Assembly: GCF_001677475.2 (NCBI RefSeq)
Contig: NZ_CP015229.1
Length of the DNA stretch: 64,000 bases
Strand: one strand, 5' to 3'
Source of the DNA: Escherichia coli
GTDB taxonomy: Bacteria; Pseudomonadota; Gammaproteobacteria; Enterobacterales; Enterobacteriaceae
Made by a program: the position numbers and the translations under genes. Positions within the stretch are counted from its first letter, which is position 1. Each line of letters opens with the position of its first letter. The notes under the pieces were generated by a model. It did not search any database. It was not told the origin of the DNA and was given only the letters and a program-made list of their open reading frames with translations. Of this stretch, positions 37,184-48,588 are shown piece by piece.

Positions 37184-37206
37184 CCCCGCTTCGGCGGGGT
37201 TTTTTT
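37184..37206 (+). terminator. rho-independent terminator of narGHJI (CCCCGC-TTCG-GCGGGG + TTTTTTT)
   Basis: Perfect 6-bp GC stem with tetraloop, 7 T, 22 nt after narI stop. Confidence 0.85.
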
Positions 37207-37227
37207 ATGGGCACGGTACGGGGTGAG

Positions 37228-37290
37228 TTGTCGGATGCGCTTCGCTTATCCGACCTACAGGGGAGGATATTGTAGGTCCGGTAAACGCGG
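37228..37290. repeat. REP/BIME-like palindromic element
   Basis: GTCGGATGCGCTTCGCTTATCCGACCTACA facing inverted partner TGTAGGTCCGGTAAACGCGGTGCC. Confidence 0.45.
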
Positions 37291-37346
37291 TGCCATTGGG
37301 CAGAATTAGCTCGGAGTAACAGGTTTTGAGTATTTACAGGAAGTGA

Positions 37347-37880
37347 TGGTGGTGGGGGAAGGATTACTCAGCGCTGCGTGCTTCACCCTTCGGGTCGTTG
37401 CCTGCGGCAACGCTCTCTCGCTGGCGCTCGAGTCGAACCTTGGTCGAAGCTTCTCATCCTTCCCCGCTTGGGCAGAATATTTAATTACGGATTCGTTTGA
37501 GAGTTCAGGGACTTTTGAAAGTTATGGTGGTGGGGGAAGGATTACTCAGCGCTGCGCGCTTCGCCCTTCGGGTCGTTGCCTGCGGCAACGCTCTCTCGCT
37601 GGCGCTCGAGTCGAACCTTGGTCGAAGCTTCTCATCCTTCCCCGCTTGGGCAGAATATTTAATTACGGATTCGTTTGAGAGCTCAGGGACTTTTGAAAGT
37701 GATGGTGGTGGGGGAAGGATTACTCAGCGCTGCGTGCTTCACCCTTCGGGTCGTTGCCTGCGGCAACGCTCTCTCGCTGGCGCTCGAGTCGAACCTTGGT
37801 CGAAGCTTCTCATCCTTCCCCGCTTGGGCAGAATATTTAATTACGGATTCGTTTGAGAGTTCAGGGACTTTTGAAAGTGA
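37347..37880 (-). repeat. three tandem 178-bp repeats in the distal tyrT operon (rtT/tpr region), each beginning with 19 nt identical to the tRNA-Tyr 3' end
   Basis: Units at 37347, 37525, 37703; next period at 37881 is the tRNA gene; partial degenerate copy at about 37321-37346. Confidence 0.9.
37546..37635 (-). CDS. tpr: Tpr-like Arg-rich 29-aa peptide ([29 protein letters not shown]) in the middle repeat
   Basis: Hand-translated minus-strand ORF; the same frame in the two flanking repeats stops after 24 aa. Confidence 0.5.
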   Translation of the reverse strand: MRSFDQGSTRAPARERCRRQRPEGRSAQR

Positions 37881-37965
<85 letters not shown>

Positions 37966-38007
37966 ACGGGGTAATGCTTTTTACTGGCCTGCTCCCTTAT
38001 CGGGAAG

Positions 38008-38043
38008 CGGGGCGCATCATATCAAATGACGCGCCGCTGTAAA
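38008..38043 (-). promoter_or_regulatory. tyrT promoter: -35 TTTACA, 16-bp spacer, -10 TATGAT, GC-rich discriminator GCGCCCCGC
   Basis: Minus strand reads TTTACAGCGGCGCGTCATTTGATATGATGCGCCCCGCTTCCCGATAAGGG; predicted start about 43 nt upstream of mature tRNA 5' end. Confidence 0.8.
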
Positions 38044-38124
38044 GTGTTACGTTGAGAAAAATGAACTGGTTGCGTAATTTTCATCCGTAACGGATTAAAG
38101 GTAACCAGTTATTTTTGCTGGCGA

Positions 38125-38967
38125 TTAAAGAATAATCGTCCGATTACCGTAAACAAAGACGCGCTGCGCCAGTACTTTGTAGAGCGCGCGACTTAAGACG
38201 TTTTTCTCGACGTCACGACCTGCGCGCATCATATCTTCAGCTGTGTAGGTATGATCGACATGAATAACGTCCTGCATGATGATTGGGCCTTCGTCCAGAT
38301 TGTCATTCACATAGTGAGCGGTTGCGCCAATAATCTTCACGCCACGTTCATAGGCCTGGTGATAAGGACGTGCGCCGATAAACGCTGGCAGGAATGAATG
38401 GTGAATATTGATGATTTTATTCGGGAAGCGCGCCACAAATTCCGGCGTTAATACCCGCATATATTTCGCCAGCACCACGTAGTCAGGTTGATAAGCATCA
38501 ATGGCGTCCGCCATCTTTTGATCGTGCTCGTTGCGGCTTAACCCTTCATGGCTTACCAGCTCAAACGGAATATCAAAACGCTCAACCAGAGAACGTAAAG
38601 TATCGTGGTTACCAATAACTGCCGCGATTTCGACATCCAGGCCGCCGTAATTGGCTTTCATCAACAAATCGCCAAGGCAATGCGCTTCTTTCGTGACCAG
38701 AATCACTATCCGGCGACGACCGGCAGGATTCAGCTCACGCACGGAGCCTTCTGGCAATGCGCTATCGAGATCCGCCAGCAGGGTGGAATCATTAAAAATC
38801 CCTTCCAGTTCCGTGCGCATAAAAAAGCGCCCGGTACGGTGATCAACAAATTCATTGTTCTGCACGATATTTAACTCGTGCTTGTAGCAAATATTGGTAA
38901 TACGTGCGATCAGACCTTTTTGGTCCGGACAAATAGTACGCAGAACTTTACGTTGGAGTGAATGCAT
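38125..38967 (-). CDS. purU: formyltetrahydrofolate deformylase
   Basis: 280 aa, ACT domain + formyltransferase domain. Confidence 0.95.
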   Translation of the reverse strand: MHSLQRKVLRTICPDQKGLIARITNICYKHELNIVQNNEFVDHRTGRFFMRTELEGIFNDSTLLADLDSALPEGSVRELNPAGRRRIVILVTKEAHCLGDLLMKANYGGLDVEIAAVIGNHDTLRSLVERFDIPFELVSHEGLSRNEHDQKMADAIDAYQPDYVVLAKYMRVLTPEFVARFPNKIINIHHSFLPAFIGARPYHQAYERGVKIIGATAHYVNDNLDEGPIIMQDVIHVDHTYTAEDMMRAGRDVEKNVLSRALYKVLAQRVFVYGNRTIIL

Positions 38968-39016
38968 TGCTGGAAAAACCTTGTTGAGAGTGTTTGCTAA
39001 ACCGTACCGTCAACCA

Positions 39017-39475
39017 TTATTGGCCGCAGCACTTTTTAAATTTTTTACCTGAACCACAAGGGCAGGGATCGTTGCGGCCAAACTGCGGACGTGTACCGTC
39101 AATATAGTACCATTGACCGTTTTCTTTCAAAAATCGCGAACGTTCAATTATTGCACCTGTTTTGCCACCTTCGGTAAATCGCGCAACAAAACTGACAAAT
39201 CCGATATTGTCGACGTCCTGCCAACAATGTTCAAATACGGTCAATCCCAACCATTCAGTATGCGCAAATCCGGCAATCAATTCGGCACGTAACGCCGCTG
39301 CTCCACAAGATGGATGCCAGGTCTTTATTAAATAATCTGCGTCTTGCATCACAAAAGCGCAGTAACGCGAACGCATGAGATGTTCTGGATCAGGTGCAAC
39401 CTTTTCACCAGACACATAAGGGTGGCAACATAGGCTATACTCGACAGCACTACCACAGGGACAAAGCTGAGACAC
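39017..39475 (-). CDS. ychJ: SEC-C motif protein YchJ (UPF0225)
   Basis: ORF 39017..39496; GTG start gives 152 aa; CPCGS...CC motifs at both ends. Confidence 0.8.
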   Translation of the reverse strand: MSQLCPCGSAVEYSLCCHPYVSGEKVAPDPEHLMRSRYCAFVMQDADYLIKTWHPSCGAAALRAELIAGFAHTEWLGLTVFEHCWQDVDNIGFVSFVARFTEGGKTGAIIERSRFLKENGQWYYIDGTRPQFGRNDPCPCGSGKKFKKCCGQ

Positions 39476-39587
39476 AATTAATCTCCCTGGAAACAATAAC
39501 GGCGTATTAACCGCCTGAGTAGCACTATGTTAACCGAGCAGTAGCGATGTGGCTACGATTGCATTCCAGGGGAATCTTGCGGGAATA

Positions 39588-40493
39588 ATGAGAAAGATAA
39601 AAATAGGGCTGGCGCTGGGATCTGGCGCGGCGAGAGGTTGGTCGCATATTGGCGTTATTAATGCGCTAAAAAAAGTGGGTATTGAAATTGATATCGTTGC
39701 AGGATGTTCAATTGGTTCGCTGGTGGGCGCTGCCTATGCATGCGATCGATTATCTGCGCTGGAAGATTGGGTGACCTCTTTCAGTTATTGGGATGTTTTA
39801 CGCCTGATGGATCTCTCCTGGCAGCGCGGTGGGTTACTGCGCGGCGAGCGTGTCTTCAATCAATATCGCGAAATAATGCCGGAAACAGAGATCGAAAATT
39901 GTTCCCGTCGCTTCGCGGCTGTTGCCACCAATTTAAGTACGGGGCGTGAATTATGGTTTACTGAAGGCGATCTCCATCTTGCTATTCGCGCATCATGCAG
40001 TATTCCAGGACTAATGGCACCCGTTGCGCATAACGGCTACTGGCTGGTTGATGGGGCAGTAGTTAACCCAATTCCTATTTCCCTCACGCGTGCATTGGGT
40101 GCTGATATTGTGATAGCGGTCGACCTGCAGCACGATGCTCATTTGATGCAACAAGATCTGCTCTCCTTTAATGTCAGTGAAGAAAATAGCGAGAATGGTG
40201 ATTCTCTGCCGTGGCATGCGCGTCTGAAAGAAAGGTTGGGCAGCATAACGACACGTCGGGCGGTGACAGCGCCAACGGCAACAGAGATTATGACCACTTC
40301 TATCCAGGTGCTGGAGAACCGCCTTAAAAGGAACCGCATGGCAGGTGATCCGCCCGATATTCTGATTCAACCTGTTTGCCCGCAAATATCTACGCTTGAT
40401 TTCCATCGCGCGCACGCTGCCATTGCGGCTGGGCAGCTGGCAGTGGAAAAGAAAATGGACGAACTTTTGCCGTTGGTACGCACCAACATTTGA
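39588..40493 (+). CDS. rssA: patatin-like phospholipase RssA
   Basis: ORF 39549..40493; ATG at 39588 gives MRKIKIGLALGSGAARGWSHIGV..., 301 aa; GxSxG lipase motif. Confidence 0.85.
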   Translation: MRKIKIGLALGSGAARGWSHIGVINALKKVGIEIDIVAGCSIGSLVGAAYACDRLSALEDWVTSFSYWDVLRLMDLSWQRGGLLRGERVFNQYREIMPETEIENCSRRFAAVATNLSTGRELWFTEGDLHLAIRASCSIPGLMAPVAHNGYWLVDGAVVNPIPISLTRALGADIVIAVDLQHDAHLMQQDLLSFNVSEENSENGDSLPWHARLKERLGSITTRRAVTAPTATEIMTTSIQVLENRLKRNRMAGDPPDILIQPVCPQISTLDFHRAHAAIAAGQLAVEKKMDELLPLVRTNI

Positions 40494-40584
40494 CCAGAAT
40501 TTTTATCTACACTTAAGTTAATTCTGACAGGCGCAGGTGGCAATAGCATGCCACTATTGAGTAAAGCCAGTCAGGGGAGAGAAC

Positions 40585-41598
40585 ATGACGCAGCCATTGG
40601 TCGGAAAACAGATTCTCATTGTTGAAGATGAGCAGGTATTTCGCTCGCTTCTGGATTCGTGGTTTTCCTCATTGGGAGCGACAACGGTACTGGCGGCTGA
40701 TGGGGTGGATGCCCTTGAGTTGCTGGGAGGTTTCACTCCAGACCTGATGATATGTGATATCGCGATGCCACGAATGAACGGGCTTAAACTGCTGGAACAT
40801 ATACGCAACAGAGGTGACCAGACACCGGTTCTGGTGATATCTGCCACTGAAAATATGGCAGATATTGCCAAAGCGTTACGTCTGGGCGTTGAAGATGTTT
40901 TGCTGAAACCAGTTAAAGATCTGAATCGCTTGCGCGAGATGGTTTTTGCCTGTCTCTATCCCAGCATGTTTAATTCCCGCGTTGAGGAAGAGGAAAGGCT
41001 TTTTCGCGACTGGGATGCAATGGTTGATAACCCTGCCGCAGCGGCGAAATTATTACAGGAACTACAACCGCCGGTTCAGCAGGTGATTTCCCATTGCCGG
41101 GTTAATTACCGTCAATTGGTTGCCGCGGACAAACCCGGCCTGGTGCTTGATATTGCCGCACTTTCGGAAAACGATCTGGCATTTTATTGCCTTGATGTCA
41201 CCCGAGCTGGACATAATGGCGTACTTGCTGCCTTGTTATTACGCGCATTGTTTAACGGATTATTACAGGAACAGCTTGCACACCAAAATCAACGGTTGCC
41301 AGAGTTGGGCGCGTTATTGAAGCAGGTAAACCATTTACTCCGTCAGGCCAATCTGCCGGGGCAGTTTCCGCTATTAGTTGGCTATTATCATCGCGAACTG
41401 AAAAATCTCATTCTGGTTTCTGCGGGTCTGAATGCGACGTTAAATACCGGCGAACACCAGGTGCAAATCAGTAATGGTGTTCCGTTAGGCACTTTAGGTA
41501 ACGCTTATTTGAATCAATTGAGCCAGCGATGCGATGCCTGGCAATGCCAAATATGGGGAACCGGTGGTCGGCTGCGCTTGATGTTGTCTGCAGAATGA
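40585..41598 (+). CDS. rssB: RpoS-degradation adaptor/response regulator RssB
   Basis: 337 aa, N-terminal receiver domain, PP2C-like C-terminus. Confidence 0.95.
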   Translation: MTQPLVGKQILIVEDEQVFRSLLDSWFSSLGATTVLAADGVDALELLGGFTPDLMICDIAMPRMNGLKLLEHIRNRGDQTPVLVISATENMADIAKALRLGVEDVLLKPVKDLNRLREMVFACLYPSMFNSRVEEEERLFRDWDAMVDNPAAAAKLLQELQPPVQQVISHCRVNYRQLVAADKPGLVLDIAALSENDLAFYCLDVTRAGHNGVLAALLLRALFNGLLQEQLAHQNQRLPELGALLKQVNHLLRQANLPGQFPLLVGYYHRELKNLILVSAGLNATLNTGEHQVQISNGVPLGTLGNAYLNQLSQRCDAWQCQIWGTGGRLRLMLSAE

Positions 41599-41799
41599 GC
41601 AAACGATAACGCGGGCTAAATTTGCATTACCTGCTAATGTCGGCTGGTGGTACTATCGTCGCCATTCGTATAAGCAATTGTCTTAATTATGCTAACTCGC
41701 CTCCTTTTCAGAACTAAGCCCCTTCGGGGTGCTGATATACTGGGATGCGATACAGAAATATGAACACGTTCAAAACACGAACAGTCCAGGAGAATTTAA

Positions 41800-42708
41800 A
41801 TGGCTGCCATTAATACGAAAGTCAAAAAAGCCGTTATCCCCGTTGCGGGATTAGGAACCAGGATGTTGCCGGCGACGAAAGCCATCCCGAAAGAGATGCT
41901 GCCACTTGTCGATAAGCCATTAATTCAATACGTCGTGAATGAATGTATTGCGGCTGGCATTACTGAAATTGTGCTGGTTACTCACTCATCTAAAAACTCT
42001 ATTGAAAACCACTTTGATACCAGTTTTGAACTGGAAGCAATGCTGGAAAAACGTGTAAAACGTCAACTGCTTGATGAAGTGCAGTCTATTTGTCCGCCGC
42101 ACGTGACTATTATGCAAGTTCGTCAGGGGCTGGCGAAAGGCCTGGGACACGCGGTATTGTGTGCTCACCCGGTAGTGGGTGATGAACCTGTGGCTGTTAT
42201 TTTGCCTGACGTTATTCTGGATGAATATGAATCCGATTTGTCACAGGATAACCTGGCAGAGATGATCCGCCGCTTTGATGAAACGGGTCATAGCCAGATC
42301 ATGGTTGAACCGGTTGCTGATGTGACCGCATATGGTGTTGTGGATTGCAAAGGCGTTGAATTAGCGCCGGGTGAAAGCGTACCTATGGTTGGCGTGGTTG
42401 AAAAACCAAAAGCGGATGTTGCGCCGTCTAATCTCGCTATTGTGGGTCGTTACGTACTTAGCGCGGATATTTGGCCGTTGCTGGCAAAAACCCCTCCAGG
42501 AGCTGGTGATGAAATTCAGCTCACCGACGCAATTGATATGCTGATCGAAAAAGAAACGGTTGAAGCCTATCATATGAAAGGGAAGAGCCATGACTGCGGT
42601 AATAAATTAGGTTACATGCAGGCCTTCGTTGAATACGGTATTCGTCATAACACCCTTGGCACGGAATTTAAAGCCTGGCTTGAAGAAGAGATGGGCATTA
42701 AGAAGTAA
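41800..42708 (+). CDS. galU: UTP-glucose-1-phosphate uridylyltransferase
   Basis: 302 aa, [33 protein letters not shown]... Confidence 0.95.
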
Positions 42709-42733
42709 CATCCGTATTGGTGTTATCTACGAA

Positions 42734-42763
42734 ACGGCGTTGAGCAATCGACGCCGTTTTTTT
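42734..42763 (+). terminator. rho-independent terminator after galU (ACGGCGT...ACGCCGT + T7)
   Basis: Hairpin + U-run 26 nt after galU stop. Confidence 0.8.
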
Positions 42764-42799
42764 ATAGCTTATTCTTATTAAACTGTCTTAAACCGGACA

Positions 42800-42828
42800 A
42801 TAAAAAATCCCGCCGATGGCGGGATTTT
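42800..42828 (-). terminator. rho-independent terminator after hns (ATCCCGCC-ATC-GGCGGGAT + U-run)
   Basis: Perfect 8-bp stem, A6 on plus strand gives U6 on minus; about 25 nt past hns stop. Confidence 0.8.
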
Positions 42829-42851
42829 AAGCAAGTGCAATCTACAAAATA

Positions 42852-43265
42852 TTATTGCTTGATCAGGAAATCGTCGAGGGATTTACCTTGCTCATCCATT
42901 GCTTTTTTGATTACAGCTGGAGTACGGCCCTGGCCAGTCCAGGTTTTAGTTTCGCCGTTTTCGTCAACGTAGCTATATTTTGCCGGACGCTGAGCACGTT
43001 TAGCTTTGGTGCCAGATTTAACGGCAGCAAGGCTATTCAGCAGTTCGTTCGGGTCAATACCGTCAGCGATCAGCATTTCGCGATATTGCTGCAGTTTACG
43101 AGTGCGCTCTTCAACTTCAGCAGCAGCCGCGCTTTCTTCTTCGCGACGTTCGTTAACAACAACTTCTAATTTTTCCAGCATTTCTTCCAGCGTTTCAAGT
43201 GTACATTCTCTTGCCTGCGCACGAAGAGTACGGATGTTGTTCAGAATTTTAAGTGCTTCGCTCAT
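42852..43265 (-). CDS. hns: nucleoid-associated protein H-NS
   Basis: 137 aa, [41 protein letters not shown]... Confidence 0.97.
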
Positions 43266-43868
43266 TGTAGTAATCTCAAACTTATATTGGGGTGGTTTGT
43301 TGAGGTAATAATAGAGCCTTAAATTCAGTTGTGCAATAGCCAGGAATGTAAGGAATTCAAAATTGTTCTTTATTTTGTGCCGCCAATAAATATCTTTTCA
43401 TAAAATTAGCCAGAAAAGACGCGGCATATAGCCCTATTTGCACCGATGATTTCGCAGCACGTGAGGTTAAAACTTCCTGATTCATGTCACATTTTATGGG
43501 GAGATTATCGTAGGCTGACGACCTTTCAGTCTTCTGTATTAGTCGTGTTTACGAGAATTCCCTATTAAGCGAATGATGAAAAGTAGAACAGTCGCAATAC
43601 GAGCAGGGACTTAGTATTGCACTATCTCCTGGAGGTCAACAGAGGGCTATTACTTGCGCAACAGGTTAAAGATTGTGAATAGTTACCAGCAGTCATTTAC
43701 CCGCTTATAACAAGCGAGGCAGTTGTAATGATAGCTCAGAAGGATTATGCAAGGCTTCGTAAGGGAGAACGCATATACCACTTCTGTGCATACTGTTGAG
43801 CTGAAAAACTGACGAATTATGATAAACTCCAGCCAACTTTATTTCATATCATTGAGGGCCTGTGGCTG

Positions 43869-44486
43869 ATGGCACAGCTATATTTCTACTATTCCGCAAT
43901 GAATGCGGGTAAGTCTACAGCATTGTTGCAATCTTCATACAATTACCAGGAACGTGGCATGCGCACTGTCGTATATACGGCAGAAATTGATGATCGTTTT
44001 GGTGCCGGGAAAGTCAGCTCGCGTATAGGTTTGTCATCGCCTGCAAAATTATTTAACCAAAATTCATCATTATTTGATGAGATTCGTGCGGAACATGAAC
44101 AGCAGGCAATTCATTGCGTACTGGTTGATGAATGCCAGTTTTTAACCAGACAACAAGTATATGAATTATCGGAGGTTGTCGATCAACTCGATATACCCGT
44201 ACTTTGTTATGGTTTACGTACCGATTTTCGAGGTGAGTTATTTATTGGCAGCCAATACTTACTGGCATGGTCCGACAAACTGGTTGAATTAAAAACCATC
44301 TGTTTTTGTGGCCGCAAAGCAAGCATGGTGCTGCGTCTTGATCAAGCAGGCAGACCTTATAACGAAGGTGAGCAGGTGGTTATTGGTGGTAATGAACGCT
44401 ACGTTTCTGTATGCCGTAAACACTATAAAGAAGCGTTAGAAGTCGGCTCATTAACGGCTATTCAGGAAAGGCATCGCCACAATTAA
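43869..44486 (+). CDS. tdk: thymidine kinase
   Basis: 205 aa, P-loop NAGKST, Zn-ribbon cysteines. Confidence 0.95.
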   Translation: MAQLYFYYSAMNAGKSTALLQSSYNYQERGMRTVVYTAEIDDRFGAGKVSSRIGLSSPAKLFNQNSSLFDEIRAEHEQQAIHCVLVDECQFLTRQQVYELSEVVDQLDIPVLCYGLRTDFRGELFIGSQYLLAWSDKLVELKTICFCGRKASMVLRLDQAGRPYNEGEQVVIGGNERYVSVCRKHYKEALEVGSLTAIQERHRHN

Positions 44487-44732
44487 TAAGAATTTCTTTA
44501 CTGACAGGGTGAGCAGGGCGCTTTTATCCTGTCAGTTCGTTTTACTCACTTCATCCGGTGTATATACCCTTCTCGACAGTTCTTTAACGCCACTATACCC
44601 CTCACAGAGCGCTTTTACAGTGACGTTGACTTGTGACCTGTAAAGTACAATATCGCTGTGTGTAGGCGTTATACATCGCCGTAAATATGATGAAGGCAAA
44701 TGCTGTCGGTTTATGGGAAAGTTGCTTTGGGT

Positions 44733-44765
44733 AAAACAAAAAAACGGCCCCAGAAGGGGCCGTTT
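44733..44765. terminator. bidirectional rho-independent terminator shared by convergent tdk and adhE (CGGCCCC-AGAA-GGGGCCG flanked by A12 and T3)
   Basis: Strong U-run on minus strand (adhE side), weaker on plus. Confidence 0.8.
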
Positions 44766-44788
44766 ATGTTGCCAGGCAGCGCTACTGA

Positions 44789-47464
44789 TTAAGCGGATTT
44801 TTTCGCTTTTTTCTCAGCTTTAGCCGGAGCGGCTTCTTTCTTCGCTGCAGTTTCGCCTTCTACATAATCACGACCGTAGTAGGTATCCAGCAGAATCTGT
44901 TTCAGCTCGGAGATCAGCGGGTAACGCGGGTTAGCGCCGGTGCACTGGTCATCGAATGCATCTTCAGACAGTTTATCCACGTTCGCCAGGAAGTCTGCTT
45001 CCTGAACGCCAGCTTCACGGATAGATTTCGGAATACCCAGTTCAGCTTTCAGCGTTTCCAGCCATGCCAGCAGTTTCTCGATCTTAGCAGCAGTACGGTC
45101 GCCCGGTGCGCTCAGACCGAGGTGGTCGGCAATTTCAGCATAACGACGGCGAGCCTGCGGACGGTCATACTGGCTGAATGCAGTCTGCTTGGTCGGGTTG
45201 TCGTTCGCATTGTAGCGAATAACGTTACAAATCAGCAGGGCGTTTGCCAGACCGTGCGGAATATGGAACTGGGAACCCAGTTTGTGCGCCATTGAGTGAC
45301 ATACACCCAGGAAGGCGTTCGCAAACGCGATACCCGCGATAGTTGCTGCACTGTGAACACGTTCACGCGCTACCGGATTTTTAGACCCTTCGTGGTAGGA
45401 CGCTGGCAGATATTCTTTCAGCAGTTTCAGTGCCTGCAGAGCCTGACCATCAGAGAACTCAGATGCCAGTACAGAAACATAAGCTTCCATGGCGTGGGTT
45501 ACTGCGTCCAGACCACCGAAAGCACACAGGGACTTCGGCATGTCCATAACCAGGTTGGCGTCGACAATCGCCATATCCGGGGTCAGCGCATAGTCCGCCA
45601 GCGGGTATTTCTGACCAGTAGCGTCGTCAGTTACAACCGCAAACGGAGTGACTTCAGAACCTGTACCAGAAGTGGTGGTGACAGCGATCATTTTCGCTTT
45701 CACGCCCATTTTCGGGAACTTGTAGATACGTTTACGGATATCCATAAAGCGCAGCGCCAGCTCTTCGAAGTGAGTTTCCGGATGTTCGTACATAACCCAC
45801 ATGATCTTCGCGGCATCCATCGGGGAACCACCACCCAGCGCGATAATCACGTCTGGTTTGAAGGAGTTTGCCAGTTCTGCACCTTTACGAACGATGCTCA
45901 GGGTCGGGTCCGCTTCTACTTCGAAGAAGACTTCAGTTTCAACGCCTGCTGCTTTCAGTACGGAAGTGATCTGATCAGCATAACCATTGTTGAACAGGAA
46001 GCGGTCAGTCACGATGAGCGCACGTTTGTGGCCATCAGTAATCACTTCATCCAGCGCGATTGGCAGGGAGCCACGGCGGAAGTAGATAGATTTCGGAAGT
46101 TTGTGCCACAACATGTTTTCAGCTCGCTTAGCAACGGTTTTCTTGTTGATCAGGTGTTTCGGACCAACGTTTTCAGAGATGGAGTTACCACCCCAGGAAC
46201 CACAACCCAGAGTCAGGGAAGGTGCGAGTTTGAAGTTATACAGGTCACCGATACCACCCTGAGAAGCCGGGGTGTTAATCAGGATACGAGCCGTTTTCAT
46301 TTTCTGACCGAAGTAAGAAACGCGTGCCGGTTGGTTATCCTGGTCAGTGTACAGGCAAGAGGTATGACCGATACCACCCATAGCAACCAGTTTCTCTGCT
46401 TTTTCTACCGCGTCTTCGAAATCTTTAGCGCGGTACATTGCCAGAGTCGGGGACAGTTTTTCATGTGCGAACGGTTCGCTTTCATCAACAACGGTCACTT
46501 CACCGATCAGAATCTTGGTGTTTTCTGGTACAGAGAAGCCTGCCAGTTCAGCAATTTTATAGGCTGGCTGACCAACGATAGCCGCGTTCAGTGCACCGTT
46601 TTTCAGGATAACATCCTGAACAGCTTTCAGCTCTTTACCCTGCAACAGATAGCCGCCGTGGGTTGCGAAACGTTCACGTACTGCGTCATAAACAGAGTCA
46701 ACAACAACAACAGACTGTTCAGAAGCACAGATTACGCCGTTGTCGAAGGTTTTCGACATCAGTACAGATGCAACTGCACGTTTGATATCAGCAGTTTCAT
46801 CAATAACAACTGGAGTGTTACCCGCGCCTACACCGATAGCTGGTTTACCGGAGCTGTATGCGGCTTTAACCATGCCCGGACCACCAGTCGCGAGGATCAG
46901 GTTGATGTCTGGGTGGTGCATCAGTGCGTTAGACAGTTCAACAGAAGGTTGATCGATCCAGCCGATCAGATCTTTCGGAGCACCGGCAGCGATAGCAGCC
47001 TGCAGAACGATATCAGCCGCTTTGTTGGTGGCATCTTTTGCACGCGGGTGCGGGGAGAAGATAATGGCGTTACGGGTCTTCAGACTGATCAGCGATTTGA
47101 AGATAGCAGTTGAAGTCGGGTTAGTGGTCGGAACGATACCGCAAATAATACCGATTGGTTCAGCGATAGTGATGGTACCAAAAGTGTCGTCTTCAGACAG
47201 AACACCACAGGTTTTTTCATCTTTATAGGCGTTGTAAATATATTCAGAAGCAAAGTGGTTTTTGATCACTTTATCTTCGACGATACCCATGCCGGATTCG
47301 GCAACGGCCATTTTCGCGAGTGGGATTCGAGCATCTGCAGCAGCCAGAGCGGCGGCGCGGAAGATTTTGTCTACTTGCTCTTGAGTGAAACTGGCATATT
47401 CACGCTGGGCTTTTTTTACACGCTCTACGAGTGCGTTAAGTTCAGCGACATTAGTAACAGCCAT
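44789..47464 (-). CDS. adhE: bifunctional aldehyde/alcohol dehydrogenase AdhE
   Basis: 891 aa, N-terminal ALDH domain and C-terminal iron-ADH domain. Confidence 0.97.
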
Positions 47465-47940
47465 AATGCTCTCCTGATAATGTTAAACTTTTTTAGTAAA
47501 TCATCTGCTCGAATACGAGAGTATAGTCAGTGCGGTGATGATTTGCTTAACCGATGAAAATCAAAAGCTTACTCGCGCTCACACTCACTGTGATTTACTA
47601 AAAGAGTTTAAACATTAGAGTTATTATCTCTAATGCGTCACTTCCAGGTGGCGTAAGCAAGATTACTCACTTCTGGGTACTGATTACGTGATCCAAATCA
47701 AATTTTTGCAAAGCTGACACCTTTCAGCATCGTTTTTCGCCATTATAGCTAACAGTTAATAAATTGTAGTATGATTTGGTGGCTACATTAGCATGTTTTG
47801 CACAACTAGATAACAATAACGAATGATAGCAATTTTAAGTAGTTAGGAGGTGAAAAATGCTGTCAAAAGGCGTATTGTCAGCGCGTCTTTTCAACCTTAT
47901 TTATGGCTAATATTATCCGGCTTTTGCTTCGGAGCTAACC

Positions 47941-48588
47941 GTGATTCAGACCCTTTTTGATTTTCCCGTTTACTTCAAATTTTTCATCGGGTTATTTGCG
48001 CTGGTCAACCCGGTAGGGATTATTCCCGTCTTTATCAGCATGACCAGTTATCAGACAGCGGCAGCGCGAAACAAAACTAACCTTACAGCCAACCTGTCTG
48101 TGGCCATTATCTTGTGGATCTCGCTTTTTCTCGGCGACACGATTCTACAACTTTTTGGTATATCAATTGATTCGTTCCGTATCGCCGGGGGCATCCTGGT
48201 GGTGACGATAGCGATGTCGATGATCAGCGGCAAGCTTGGAGAGGATAAACAGAACAAGCAAGAAAAATCAGAAACCGCGGTACGTGAAAGCATTGGTGTG
48301 GTGCCACTGGCGTTGCCGTTGATGGCGGGACCAGGGGCGATCAGTTCTACCATCGTCTGGGGTACGCGTTATCACAGCATTAGCTATCTGTTTGGTTTCT
48401 TTGTGGCTATTGCATTGTTCGCTTTATGTTGTTGGGGATTGTTCCGCATGGCACCGTGGCTGGTACGGGTTTTACGCCAGACCGGCATCAACGTGATTAC
48501 GCGTATTATGGGGCTATTGCTGATGGCATTGGGGATTGAATTTATTGTTACTGGTATTAAGGGGATTTTCCCCGGCCTGCTTAATTAA
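47941..48588 (+). CDS. ychE: MarC-family (UPF0056) inner-membrane protein YchE
   Basis: 215 aa, GTG start, six TM segments. Confidence 0.85.
   Translation: MIQTLFDFPVYFKFFIGLFALVNPVGIIPVFISMTSYQTAAARNKTNLTANLSVAIILWISLFLGDTILQLFGISIDSFRIAGGILVVTIAMSMISGKLGEDKQNKQEKSETAVRESIGVVPLALPLMAGPGAISSTIVWGTRYHSISYLFGFFVAIALFALCCWGLFRMAPWLVRVLRQTGINVITRIMGLLLMALGIEFIVTGIKGIFPGLLN

Noticed and set aside
37347-37880. Possible CRISPR array (regular tandem repeats)
   Set aside because: Period is 178 bp with no unique spacers, the units match a tRNA 3' end, and there are no cas genes.
39588-41598. Patatin-like phospholipase next to a response regulator as a possible defence effector module
   Set aside because: This is the conserved rssA-rssB housekeeping pair; no cyclase, nucleotidyltransferase or other signalling partner is nearby.
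45296-47113. 605-aa plus-strand ORF
   Set aside because: Lies entirely antisense to adhE, whose product is an unmistakable conserved 891-aa enzyme; the translation is low-complexity with no motifs. A long antisense frame is a codon-bias artefact.
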